Assembly (NCBI GenBank): GCA_963514005.1
Contig: OY740808.1
Location: 39,432,001-39,496,000, forward strand
Source: Raja brachyura
Taxonomy: Eukaryota
Direction of reading: 5' to 3'
Length of the DNA stretch: 64,000 nt
The translations under genes were made by a program, and so were the position numbers. Position 1 is the first letter of the stretch. Each line of letters opens with the position of its first letter. The notes beneath the pieces were generated by a model. It was not told where the DNA came from and did no database searches. It saw nothing but the letters and a program-made list of their open reading frames with translations. Shown piece by piece: positions 51,750 to 63,745 of the stretch.

Positions 51750-52490
51750 GAGAGGGCGGCCATCTTTGTTAGGGGCACTAATGTCCCGGTTCCCGGGGAG
51801 GGCAGCCATCTTTGTTAGGGGCACTAATGTTCCGGTTCACCAGGGGGAGGACGGCCATCTTTGTTAGGGCACTAATGTCCCGGTTCACGGGGAGGGCGGC
51901 CACCGGGACATTATTGCCCCTAACAAAAATAGCCGCCCTCCCCTGGGGAACCGGAACATTAGTGCCCCTAACGAAGATTGCCGGCCTCCTCTGGAACCGG
52001 GACATTAGTTCCCCTAACAAAGATGGCCGCCCTCCCCTGGAACCGGGACATAAGTGCCCCTATCAAAGATGGCCGCCCTTCTCTGGAAGCGGGACATTAG
52101 TGCCCCTACCAAAGATGGCCGCCCTCCCCTGGAACCGGGACATTACTGCCCCTAACAAAGATGGCCGCCCTCTCCTGGAACCGGAATATTAGTGCCTCTA
52201 ACAAAGATGGCCGCCCTCCCCGGGGAACCGGGACATTAGTGCCCCTAACAAAGATGGCCGCCCTCCCCCTGGGGAACCGGAACATTAGTGCGCCTAACAA
52301 AGATGGCCGCCCACCCCTGGAACCGGAACATTAGTGCCCCTAATAAAGATGGCCGCCCTTCATCAAGGTTGCCGACTGTGAAGAAGTTCCGCTGCTGCCA
52401 AATCTCCATCAGTTCAGTGACATTAATGCCTGTACCAAAGATGGCCGCCCTCAATGGGGCGTGCCCGCTACAAAGATGGCCGCCCCGCCG
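51750..52490. repeat. ~46-47-bp GC-rich minisatellite that switches orientation at ~51900
   Basis: Unit ggaaccgggacattagtgcccctaacaaagatggccgccctcccc; about 3 units reversed then about 10 forward. Confidence 0.9.
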
Positions 52491-52814
52491 TTTCCGGTGT
52501 CGGTGACGGCATCGGGTTAGAGGTGGAGGAGGCGGCGCTGCACAGAAAGTACAGCACGATGAGGAAAATGGAGGGGTGGAGAGAGACACGGGACAGAGAG
52601 AGAGAGGGGGGGTGGGGGGTGGAGGTGAATGAGAGAGGGTGGGGGGGAGAGTGGGAGAACGTTCAGCAAGATGAGGAAGAAGGAGGGGTGGGGACGTCAA
52701 GTCAATTTTATTTATAGAGCACATTTATACCAAACTATTGTTAAAGAAGCAACTGCAGATGCTGGAGAGTCGAGGGTTACACAAAAAGCTGGAGAAACTC
52801 AGCGGGTGCAGCAG

Positions 52815-53349
52815 CATAGAAACATAGAAAATAGGTGCAGGAGTAGGCCATTCGGCCCTTCGAGCCTGCACCGCCATTCAATGTGATCATGGCTGATCAT
52901 ACAACTCAGTATCCCGTACCTGCCTTCTCTCCATACCCCCTGATCCCTTTAGCCACAAGTGCCACATCTAACGCCCTCTTAAATATAGCCAATGAACTGG
53001 CCTCAACTACCTTCTGTGGCAGAGAATTCCAGAGACTCACCACTCTCTGTGTAAAGAATGTTTTCCTCATTTCGGTCCTAAAGGAATTCCCCCTTATCCT
53101 TAGACTGTGACCCCTTGTTCTGGACTCCCCCAACATCGGGAACAATCTTCCAGCATCTAGCTTGTCCAACCCCTTAAGAATTTTGTAGGTTTCTATAAGA
53201 TCCCCCCTCAATCTTCTAAATTCCATCGAGTACAAACCGAGTCTATCCAATCTTTCCTCATATGAAAGTCCTGACATCCCAGGAATCAGTCTGGTGAATC
53301 TTCTCTGTACCCCCTCTATGGCAAGGATGTCTTTCCTCAGATTTGGAGC
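52815..53349 (-). mobile_element. Young CR1 3' fragment inserted into a Penelope terminal repeat
   Basis: ORF 52906-53277; Penelope repeat ..gggtgcagcagcat| resumes as atctaaggagcgaagg at 53351. Confidence 0.88.
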
Positions 53350-53371
53350 GATCTAAGGAGCGAAGGAGATA

Positions 53372-53406
53372 GGCGACGTTTCGGGTCGAGACCCTTCTTC
53401 AGACTG
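53372..53406 (-). ncRNA. Minimal type-I hammerhead ribozyme motif in Penelope repeat
   Basis: Minus strand cagu-CUGAAGA-a-GGGUC-uc-GACCC-GAAA-cg-UC-gcc: complete CUGANGA/GAAA/UH core with palindromic ACGU helix III. Activity untested. Confidence 0.7.
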
Positions 53407-54467
53407 GTCAGGGATCAGGGAAACGAGAGATATAAACAGTGATGTGGAGAGATAAGGAACAATGAGTGAAAGATATGCAGAAAAGTATTGGTGACAAAGG
53501 AAGCAGGCCATTGTAAGCTGTTTGTGGTGTGAAAATGAGAAGCTAGTGCGACTGGGGAGGGGGGGGGGGGAGAAGATGGAGAAGGAATGTCAGGGCCAGA
53601 GGGCTGAGGGAGAGGTGGGGGGGAGGGGGCAGTCTGGGTTAACAGAATTGAGAAAATTCAATGTTTAAGCCCAGAGGATGCAGACACCCCAAGCGGAATA
53701 TGAGGTGCTGTTCCTCCAACTTGCGGTGTTGATCACTCTGGCCGTGGAGGAGGCCCAGGACCGAGAGGTCGGATACGCAGTGGGAGGGGGAGTTGAAGTG
53801 CTGAGCCACCGGGAGGTCGGGTTGGTTATTGCGGACCGAGCGGAGGTGTTCGGCGAAACGATCGCCCAGCCTCCGCTTGGTCTCACCGATGTAGATCAGC
53901 TGGCATCTGGAGCAACGGATGCAGTAGATGAGGTTGGAGGAGGTGCAGGTGAACCTCTGTCGGACTTGGAATGACTGCTTGGGTCCCTGAAAGGAGTGGA
54001 TGGGGGAGGTGAAGGGACAAGTGTAGCATCTCTTGCGGTTGCAAGGGAAAGTGCCCGGGGAAGGAGTGGAGCGGGAGGGAAGGGAAGAATTGACGAGGGA
54101 GTTGCGGAGGGAGCGGTCTTTGCGGAAGGCAGACAGGGGGGGAGATGGGAAGATGTGGCGAGTGGAGGGGTCACGTTGGAGGTGACGAAACTGGCGGAGG
54201 ACTATCTGTTGTATGCGCTGGCTGGTGGGGTGAAAGGTGAGGACCAGGGGGACTCGGCCCTTGTTGTGAGTGGGGGAATGGGGAGAGAGGGCAGTGTTGC
54301 GGGGTATGGAGGAGACCCTGGTGCGAGCCTCATCTATAGTGGGGGAGGGGAAACCCCGTTCTCTGAAGAACGAGGACATTTGCGATGACCAAACTACACT
54401 GGTACCAAACTACCAAACTACACTGGTACTGCAGAGAGACAGGGAGAGAGGGGAGGAGGGTGGGTGG

Positions 54468-54498
<31 letters not shown>

Positions 54499-55384
54499 AC
54501 AGCTCGCTGAGGAAACAGGTAGGGGTGACAGTGGGGGAGAGAGCTTGGAGGGGAGAGAGGAGGGTGGGGGTGTAGTGATGGGGGCGAGGAGATAGATGGG
54601 GGGGTTGGGAGGAGAGGTATTGGGGGGGGGGGGGTGAAGAGGGAGGAGAGGCCAGTGATGGAAGAAGAGGTGGGTGGGGGGGTTGATGGAGGATAGTGGG
54701 AGAGGGTGAGGGAGGTGGATGGAGGGAAAGGAAGGTGATGACGAGGGGGAAGGAGTTGGAGGTGCGGGTGGAAGTCTGTGGGGTGAATGTCCGTGACAGA
54801 GTGGGGTGACAGACTGGGGGTGAGAGAGGGGGGGTGAAAGAGAGAGGGGGAGAGAGTAAGAGAGAGGGGAGGGTTGAGAGATGGGGGTGAGAGGGGTGGG
54901 GGATTAGAGAGGGTCGTCGTGGCTCGCAGTCCTGACCAGGAATGTTCCGTTTGCAGAAGAAAGTGCTGCTGGCCTTGAAGAAGCAGAGTTCAGGAGCTCA
55001 GAGCAGCCAGGGAGGCATCAAATGCTGTCGGTGACCTCGCAGTGACCTCCTCCTCGCTGAAATACGCTCAACACCTCCGCTCAGTCCCTCTACCAAGCCC
55101 AGGCTCGGCGAACGCTTCGCCCAATACCTCTGCTCAGTCCGCCTTAACCTACCTGATCTCCCGGTGGCTCAGCACTTCAACTCCCCCTCCTATTCCCAAT
55201 CCTGACCTTTCTGTCCTGGGCCTCCTCAATTGTCAGAGTGAGGCCCAGCACAAATTGGAGGAGCAGCACCACTTGGGTAGTTTACACCCCAGCGGTATGA
55301 ACATTGACTTCTCTAACTTCAAATAGCCCTTGCTTTCCCTCTCTCTCCAGTCCCTTCCCCGTCCCAGTTCTCCGACTGTTCTTA

Positions 55385-56416
55385 CCAAAGATTATAGAGG
55401 AGCAAGATGCGCCACTCCGTGGAAAAGGCGTAGTATCACGTGTGTGATTGTCGACGCCATATTAGCGGACCAGAGATGGCGTCGACTATGGCGTGTACTG
55501 GGAAACTGTACTTCTTTATGATCTTTGTCTCTCGATCTGCCGCTGTGTAATTCGCTCCAAAGCTACAGAGCAGTTGCAAGCAAAGATTATAGAGGAGCAA
55601 GATGCATTCGAAAGTTATTTGATTTATTTGTAATAGATCTTTACTTGCCTCTCGATCCTTCTCTCTCCCCCTCTTCTCTCGATCACCCTCTCTTCTCTAT
55701 CGCTCTCTCTCCCCTGTCGATCTCTTTCTCTCCCCTGTCGATCTCTTTCTCTCCCCTCTCCTCGATTTCCCTCTCTCCCCCCCTTCCCTCTGTGTGAGAA
55801 TTGGCAGCCCCGCTATGCCTTCGGCCCAAAAGAGGATAGAAATAAATTACATAATGGTCTTTGTAGGAAGATTTTAATAAGCTCTTCTATCCAAAGATTT
55901 GCTTCTATCTGTCCCACCATATATTTATATGAATGTGTGTTTGTGTGTGCGTGTAATTGTGTGCACAGTGTGTGTTAAAGCAATACAAGGGAAAATGTAC
56001 AATGCAATGCAAGGGAAACTACGCAAAGGAGGGGCTGGGGAGGAAAGATGCGAGGGAAATTGGGGAACGGGGGGAAAAGGGAGGGGGAGAGAGAGAGAGG
56101 GAAGGAGGGGGGAGGGAGATCGAGAGAAGATAGGGAAAAGATGGATCGAGGGGAAATAGAGAAGAGAGGGAGAGGGAGATCGAAAGAGGGAGAGAAAGAG
56201 GGATCGAGAGGTAAGTAAAGATCTATTACAAATAAATCTAATAACTTTCTCTAATAATCTTGCTCCTCCATAATCTTTGCTTACAACTGCTCTGTAGCGG
56301 ATTACACAGGGGGAGGCAGTCCGCCAAAATGGCGGCCGTGACGTTCCGTTACGTACTACACACCAGCCCATTGGATTTCCACTGAGTGGCGCATCTTGCT
56401 CCTCTATAATCTTTGG
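55385..56416. mobile_element. Non-autonomous foldback DNA transposon (1032 bp)
   Basis: Perfect 33-bp TIR ccaaagattatagaggagcaagatgcgccactc; TSD ttctta (55379-55384 / 56417-56422); second internal inverted pair ~55560-55790 versus ~56070-56300. Confidence 0.88.
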
Positions 56417-56467
56417 TTCTTACTGTCTCCGACAACATACTATCTGTCCCGCTCCCTCCCCTGACAT

Positions 56468-56502
56468 CAGTCTGAAGAAGGGTCTTGACCCGAAACGTCG
56501 CC
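56468..56502 (+). ncRNA. Minimal type-I hammerhead ribozyme motif in Penelope repeat
   Basis: cagu-CUGAAGA-a-GGGUC-uu-GACCC-GAAA-cg-UC-gcc. Activity untested. Confidence 0.7.
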
Positions 56503-56574
56503 CATTCCTTCTCTCCAGAGATGCTGCCTGTCCCACTGAGTTACTGCAGCACTTCTCTCCACAGATGCTGCCTG

Positions 56575-58275
56575 TCATAGACTGATACAGTGTGGAAACA
56601 GGCCCTTCGGCCCAACTCGCCCACACTGGACAACAATGTCCCAGCTACCCTAGTCCCACTTGCCCGCGCTTGGTCCATGTCCCTCCAAACCTGTGCTATC
56701 CACGTATCTGTCCAACTGTTTCTTAAACGATGGGATTGTCCCAGCCTCAACTACCTCCTCTGGCAGCTCATTCCAAACAAACACCTTCCTCTGTGTGAAA
56801 ACGTTACCCCTCAGATTCCTATTAAATCTTTTCCCCTTCACCTTGAACCTATATCCTCTGGTCCTCGATTCCCCTACTCTGGGCAAGAGACTCATGATTT
56901 TGTACACCTCTATATGATCACCCCTCATCCTCCTGCGCACCATGGAATAGAGACCCAGCCTGCTCAACCTCTCCCTATAGCTCACACCCTCTAGTTCTGC
57001 CAACATCTCCAAACCCTTTCCAGCTTGAAAATAGACAATAGGTGCAGGAGTAGACCATTTGGCCCTTTGAGCCAGCACCGGAATTCAATGTGATCATGGC
57101 TGATCATCCCCAATCAGTACCCCGTTCCTGCCTTCTCCCCATCTGCTATCTTTAAGAGCCCTATCTAGCTCTCTCTTGAAAGCATCCAGAGAATCGGCCT
57201 CCACCGCCTTCTGAGGCAGAGAATTCCACATACTCACAACTCTCTCTGTGGAAAAAGTGTTTTCTCGTCTCCGAGGAAGCGTCTCTCATATTGCCAGAAG
57301 TGATCGGAGCAGAATTAGGCCATTCGGCCCATCATATCCACACGCCATTCAATCATGGCTCATCTATCTCTCTCTACTAACCGCATTCTCCTGCCTTCTC
57401 CTCATATCCACTGACACCCACACTAATCAAGAGTCTATCTATCTCTACCTTAAAAACATCCACTGACGAGGCTTCCACCGCCTTCTGTGGCAATGAATTC
57501 CACAGATTCACCACCTTCTGACTAAAGAAATTCCTCCTCATCTCCTTCCTTAAAGAACGTCCTTTAATTCTGAAGCTGACCTCAATAGACAATAGACAAT
57601 AGGTGCAGGAGTAGGCGATTCGGCCCTTCGAGCCAGCACCACCATTCAATGTGATCATGGCTGATCATCCCCAATCAGTACCCCGTTCCTGCCTTCTCCC
57701 CATATCCCCTGACTCCATCTTTAAGAGCTCTATCTAGCTCTTTCTTGAAAGCATCCAGAGAACCGGCCTCCACCGCCCTCTGAGGCAGAGAATTCCACAT
57801 ACTCACAAATCTCTGAGAAATGTTTTTCCTCATCTCCGTTCTAAATGGCTTACCCCTTATTCTTAAGCTGTGTGGCCCCTGGTTCTAGACTCCCTCAACA
57901 TCGGGAACATGTTTCCTGCCTTTAGCGTGGACAATCCCTTAATAATCTTACATGTTTCAATAAGATAGTCTCTCATCCTTCTAAACTACAGAGTATACAA
58001 ACCCAGCCGCTCCATTCTCTCACCATACGACAGTCCCGCCATCCCGGGAATTACACTTGTAAACCTACGCTGCACTCCCTCAATAGCAAGAATGGCCTTC
58101 CTCAAATTGGGGGACCAAAACTGCACACAATACTCCAGGTGTGGTCCAACCAGGGCCCTGTACAACTGCAGAAGGACCTCTTTGCACCTATACTCAACTC
58201 CACTTGTTATGAAAGGCCAACTTGCCATTGGCTTTCTTCACTGCCTGCTGTACCTGCATGCTTAGTTTCAGTGAG
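56575..58275 (-). mobile_element. Tandem pile of four CR1-type 3' fragments
   Basis: Repeated 3' UTR/tail blocks at ~56575, 57030, 57305 and 57585; ORFs with SRTRG.RF, WNSLP and LYRALVGPHLEYC. Confidence 0.85.
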
Positions 58276-58307
58276 TGGTGCAGGGGGAACTTTGACTGAC
58301 TGGTAGT

Positions 58308-58980
58308 GGGGGGGGAGAGATCCCACACTGGGAACGTCCAAGGCTGGGACAGGGGGGGAGATCCCACACTGGGAACGTCCAGGACTGGGACAGGGGGAGA
58401 TCCCACACTGGGAACATCCAGGACTGGGACAGGGAGATCCCACACTGGGAACGTCCAGGACTGTTACAGGGGAGATGCCACACTGGGAACATCCAGGACT
58501 GTTACAGGGGGAGATGCCACACTGGGAACATCCAGGACTGTTACAGGGGGAGATGCCACACTGGGAACATCCAGGACTGGGACAGGGGGAGATCCCACAC
58601 TGGGAACATCCAGGACTGGGACAGGGAGATCCCACACTGGGAACGTCCAGCACTGGGACGGGGAGAGATCCCACACTGGGAACGTCCAGGACTGGGACAG
58701 GGGGAGATCCCACACTGGGAACGTCCAGGACTGTTACAGGGGGAGATGCCACACTGGGAACATCCAGGACTGTTACAGGGGGAGATGCCACACTGGGAAC
58801 ATCCAGGACTGTTACAGGGGGAGATGCCACACTGGGAACATCCAGGACTGTTACAGGGGGAGATGCCACACTGGGAACATCCAGGACTGGGACAGGGGGA
58901 GAGATCCCACACTGGGAACATCCAGGACTGGGACAGGGGGAGAGATCCCACACTGGGAAGTTCCAGGGCTGGGACCGGGA
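58308..58980. repeat. 39-bp minisatellite, about 17 copies
   Basis: Unit cagggggagat(g/c)ccacactgggaac(a/g)tccaggactg(tta/gga); gives a 13-aa periodicity in the overlapping ORFs. Confidence 0.95.
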
Positions 58981-58994
58981 GCCGATGTGTGACG

Positions 58995-59033
<39 letters not shown>

Positions 59034-59182
59034 CGCGACAGTGGAACAGCAGCATGGTGGGCACGGTGTCTCTGAAGGTGATGATAGCTCGTAAACAACT
59101 CCTGCTGGAGAGGACATCCGGCAAATCTCTCTGGGGCAGTCTAGGTGAGTGGTGTATCCCCCTCTCCCCCCTTACTCCCCTC

Positions 59183-60050
59183 TCAAGTCAAGTCAAGTTT
59201 ATTCGTCACATACACATACGAGATGTGCAGTGAAAGGAAAAGTGGCAATGCTCGCAAATTGTGCCAAAAAAACAAACAAACATAATGGAACAGAATCACA
59301 CATTCACATATTACATGTTTATGGGTGGGAAGAAAAAGTAAAAAACAGCAATTTTAAAAAACAGTAGAGTGGTCCCGTAAAGTTAGTCCCTGGAGAGATC
59401 GGAGTTTACAGTCCTAATGGCCTCTGGGAAGACACTCCTTCTCATCCTCTCCGTTCTCACAGCATGGCAACGGAGGCGTTTGCCTGACCGTAGCAGCTGG
59501 AACAGGCCATTGCAGGGGTGGAAGGGGTCTCCCATGATCTTGTTGGCTCTGGAGTTGCACCTCCTGATGTATAGTTCCTGCAGAGGGGCGAGTGAAGTTC
59601 CCATAGTGCGTTCGGCCGAACGCACTGCTCTCTGCAGAGCCTTCGTGTCCTGGGCAGTAGTTTCTAAATCAAATCGTGATGTTTCTGGACAAGATGCTTT
59701 CCACAGCCGCTGAGTAGAAGCACTGGAGGATCCTCAGAGACACTCTGAATTTCCACAATTGCCTGAGGTGGTAAAGGCGTTGCCTTGCCTTACTCTCCAG
59801 TGCTGCAGTGTGTGATGTCCATGTCAGATCCTCAGAGATGTGGACTCCCAGGTATTTAAAACAGCTCACCTATCCACAGTATCCCCATTTATCCTCAATG
59901 ATGTGTACGTCCTCGGATGATGTGCCCTCCTAATGTCCACAATCAGCTCCTTGTTTTTTTTGATATTCAAGAGGAGGCTGTTGTCCTGACACCAGAGTGC
60001 CAGATCAGCCACCTCCTCCCAGTGGGCCTTCTCATGGTTGTCTGAGATCA
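59183..60050 (-). mobile_element. Rex1/Babar-like LINE 3' fragment
   Basis: WCQDNSLLLNIKK.KELIVD, FKYLGVHISEDLTW, ARQRLYHLRQL, FYSAAVESIL, SGKRLR; (ttgac)n tail at ~59183-59197. Confidence 0.8.
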
Positions 60051-61097
60051 GGCCTCTCCCCCCCCCCCCCACTGTCCATCTGAGGCAGTCTAGGTGAGTG
60101 ATGTATCTCTTCCCCCCCCCCTCTTCTCACCCCTCATCCTGTCTCTTTCCCACTCTCTCTTTCCCACTCTCTTCTCCCCCTCCCTCCCACCCCTGCCTGG
60201 GGAGGTCTGGGTAAGTGATGTAACCTTCACTTCTCCCCCCCCCCACCCTTCGCTGACCGCTGACACCACCACCCCTCCTTCTCATGGCCGATGGTTGGTT
60301 CATGAGTTGGATGGGGCGCCCGGGCTACAACTCCTCAGCTGGCCCGCCGTCTGGGCTTTGTGTACAGTCCAGCACCCGGGCCAACTCATTCACCCAGTCA
60401 CGGATTGCCGTCGGGAATTTGTCCCGTATTTTGACCCTTTGTCCCTTATTTTGGAGTGAGGAAGTTTGCGACCCTATGTCTGTGACCCACACCTTGCACC
60501 CCCCCCCCCCCCCCCCCCCCCCCCGTCCTGGTCACCCACACCTCCCCTCACCCTCTCGCCCCCCCTTGCTCTGCCCCCCCCACTGTCCCGTCATGGATCG
60601 ATTGTAGCCCATTGGGGGTGGGGGTCGGAGCTGTGACCCTCCGGCCCAGACTGAGCGACTGCAAATAACATGCCCTGGTCTAAATAAACAGGCTGTCTCC
60701 ACACACTGCCCTGTGGTCATCTATTCCCAGCTGCCGTCCGTGTTCACTCTTCATACATTCATGGGGCAGAATTAGGCCATTCGGCCCATCATGTCTACTC
60801 CGCCATTCAATCCTGGCTGATCTATCTCTCCCTCCTAACCCCATTCTCCTGCCTTCTCCCCAGAACCGCTGACACCCGCACTAATCAGGAGGTTGATTAG
60901 GGAGTGGGGGAAGTAATAGGGGGAGAGGGGGCAGAGAGAGGGGGAGAGAAGGAGAGGGGCAGAGAGAAGGAGAGGGACAGAAAGAGAGGGGGGGAATAAA
61001 GAGAAATGGAGAGGTAAAGGGGATGTGGGTAGTGAGAGAGGGGGGAGAGAGAGAGAGAGAACGGGGAGAGGGGGAGAGAATAGGGGGAAGGGTAAGA

Positions 61098-63745
61098 AAT
61101 AGAAACATAGACATAGAAACATAGAAAATAGGTGCAGGAGTAGGCCATTCGGCCCTTCGAGCCTGCACCGCCATTCAATGTGATCATGGTTGATCATCCA
61201 ACTCAGTATCCCGTACCTGCCTTCTCTCCATACCCCCTGATCCCTTTAGCCACAAGTGCCACATCTAACGCCCTCTTAAATATAGCCAATGAACTGGCCT
61301 CAACTACCTTCTGTGGCAGAGAATTCCAGAGACTCACCACTCTCTCTGTAAAGAATGTTTTCCTCATTTCGGTCCTAAAGGAATTCCCCCTTATCCTTAG
61401 ACTGTGACCCCTTGTTCTGGACTCCCCCAACATCGGGAACAATCTTCCAGCATCTAGCTTGTCCAACCCCTTAAGAATTTTGTACGTTTCTATAAGATCC
61501 CCCCTCAATCTTCTAAATTCCAGCGAGTACAAGCCGAGTCTATCCAATCTTTCCTCATATGAAAGTCCTGACATCCCAGGAATCAGTCTGGTGAATCTTC
61601 TCTGTACCCCCTCTATGGCAAGGATGTCTTTCCTCAGATTTGGAGACCAAAACTGTACGCAATACTCCAGGTGTGGCCTCACCAAAACCCTGTACAACTG
61701 CAGTAGAACCTCCCTGCTCCTATACTCAAATCCTTTCGCTATGAATGCTAACATACCATTTGCTTTCTTCACTGCCTGCTGCACCTGCATGCCTACTTTC
61801 AATGACTGGTGTACCATGACACCCAGGTCTCGTTGCATGTCCCCCTTTCCTAATCTGCCACCATTCAGATAATAGTCTACCCTCATGTTTTTGCCACCAA
61901 AGTGGATAACCTCACATTTATCCACATTATACTGCATCTGCCATGCATCTGCCCATTCACTCAGGCTATCCAAATCACCCTGCAGCCTCCAAGCATCCTC
62001 CTCACACCTAACTATACCCCCCAGCTTGGTATCATCTGCAAATTGGCATTGCATTGAATTCCTTCGTCCAAATCATTAATATATATTGTAAATAGCTGGG
62101 GTCCCAGCACTGAGCCTTGCGGCACCCCACTAGTCACTGCCTGCCATTCTGAAAAGGACCCGTTTACTCCTACCCTTTGCCTCCTGTCTGCTAGCCAGTT
62201 CTCTATCCACATCAATACTGAACCCCCAATACCGTGTGCTTTAAGTTTGTATGCTAATCTCTTATGCGGGACCATGTCGAAAGCCTTCTGAAAGTCTAGA
62301 TGTAACACATCCACTGGTTCTCCCTTATCCACTCTACTAGTTACATCCTCGAAAAATTCTATCAGATTTGTCAGACATGATTTACCTTTCGTAAATCCAT
62401 CCTGACTTTGTCCAATGATTTCACCATTTTCCAAATGCACTGCATCCCATCTTTAATAACTGACTCTAGCAGTTTCCCCACTGCCGACGTTAGACTAACT
62501 GGACTGTAATTCCCCGCTTTCTCTCTCCCTCCTTTTTTAAAAAGAGGGGTTACATTAGCTACCCTCCAATCCTCAGGAACTACTCCAGAATTATCACTAA
62601 TGCATCCACTATTTCTGTGGCTACCTCCTTGAGTACTCTGGGATGCAGACTATCTGGCCCTGGGGATTTATCGGCCTTCAATCCGTTCAATTTACCCAAC
62701 ACCACCTCCCGGCTAACCTGGATTTCACTCAGTTCCTCCATCTTATTTGACCCCCGTTCCACTGCTATTTCCGGCAGATTATTTATGTCTTCCTTAGTGA
62801 AGACAGAACCAAAGTAGTTATTCAATTGGTCTGCCATGTCCTTGTTCCCCATGATCAATTCACCTGTTTCTGACTGCAAGGGACCAACATTTGTTTTAAC
62901 TAGTCTCTTTCTCTTCACATATCTATAAAAACTTTTGCAGTCAGTTTTTATGTTCCCTGCCAGTTTCCTTTCATAATCTATTTTCCCTTTCCTAATTAAG
63001 CCCTTTGTCCTCCTCTGCTGGATTCTGAATTTCTCCCAGTCCTCCGGTAGGCTGCTTTTTCTGGCAAATTTGTATGCCTCATCTTTTGTTTTTATACTAT
63101 CCCTGATTTCCCTTGTTATCCATGGATGCACCACCTTCCCCGATTTATTCTTTTGCCAAACTGGTATGAACAACTTTTGTACTTCATCCATGCAGTCTTT
63201 AAATACCTTCCATTGCACATCCACTGTCAACCCTTTAAGAATCACCTGCCAGTCTATCTTGGCCAATTCACATCTCATACCTTCAAAGTTACCTTTGTTC
63301 AAGTTCAGAACCCTTGTTTCTGACTTAATTTTGTCACTCTCCATCCTAATGAAGAACTCAACCATATTATGGTCACTCTTGCCCAAGGGGCCACGCACAA
63401 CAAGACTGCTAACTAACCCTTCCTCATTACTCAATACCCAGTCTAGAATAGCCTGCTCTCTCGTTGGTTCCTCCACATGTTGGTTGAGAAAACTATCCCG
63501 CATACATTCCAGGAAATCCTCTTCCTCAGCACCCCTGCCAATTTGATTCACCCAATCTACATGCAGATTGAAGTCACCCATTATAACCGTGTTACCCTTG
63601 TTGCACGCATTTCTAATTTCCTGTTTGATGCCATCCCCAACTCCAATACTACTGTTAGGTGGCCTGTACACAGCTCCCACTAGCGTTTTCTGCCCCTTAG
63701 AGTTTCGCAGCTCTACCCATATCGATTCCACATCCTCCACGCTAA
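61098..63745 (-). mobile_element. Young CR1 LINE with most of ORF2 (EN + RT), few frameshifts
   Basis: [41 protein letters not shown] in ORFs 62580-63740, 62012-62440 and 61203-62054; (catagaaa)n tail. Confidence 0.95.

Larger units (their letters stand above)
52745..54385 (-). mobile_element. Penelope-like element, 5'-truncated, with intact GIY-YIG endonuclease region and 3' terminal repeat
   Basis: 246-aa ORF 53639-54379: C..RCYTC, FTCTSSNLIYCIRCSRC..YIGETKRRLGDRFAEH..GLN; terminal repeat split by the CR1 at 52815-53349. Confidence 0.92.
55075..56570 (+). mobile_element. Penelope 3' fragment split by a foldback MITE
   Basis: DLSVLGLL..QSEAQHKLEEQH..GMNIDFSNFK*, then terminal repeat resuming at 56423. 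Confidence 0.82.

Noticed and set aside
51750-52350. CRISPR-like appearance of regularly spaced repeats (also 58308-58980)
   Set aside because: Units are contiguous with no unique spacers, there are no cas genes, and the context is vertebrate.
54420-54910. G-rich purine tracts as an Ig switch region (also ~60900-61090 and 63760-64000)
   Set aside because: Low-complexity GA/GGA sequence without AGCT-type tandem repeats and not located upstream of a C gene.
58194-59233. Long overlapping Cys/Pro-rich ORFs (up to 305 aa)
   Set aside because: By-product of a 39-bp tandem repeat lacking stop codons; no splice or domain evidence.
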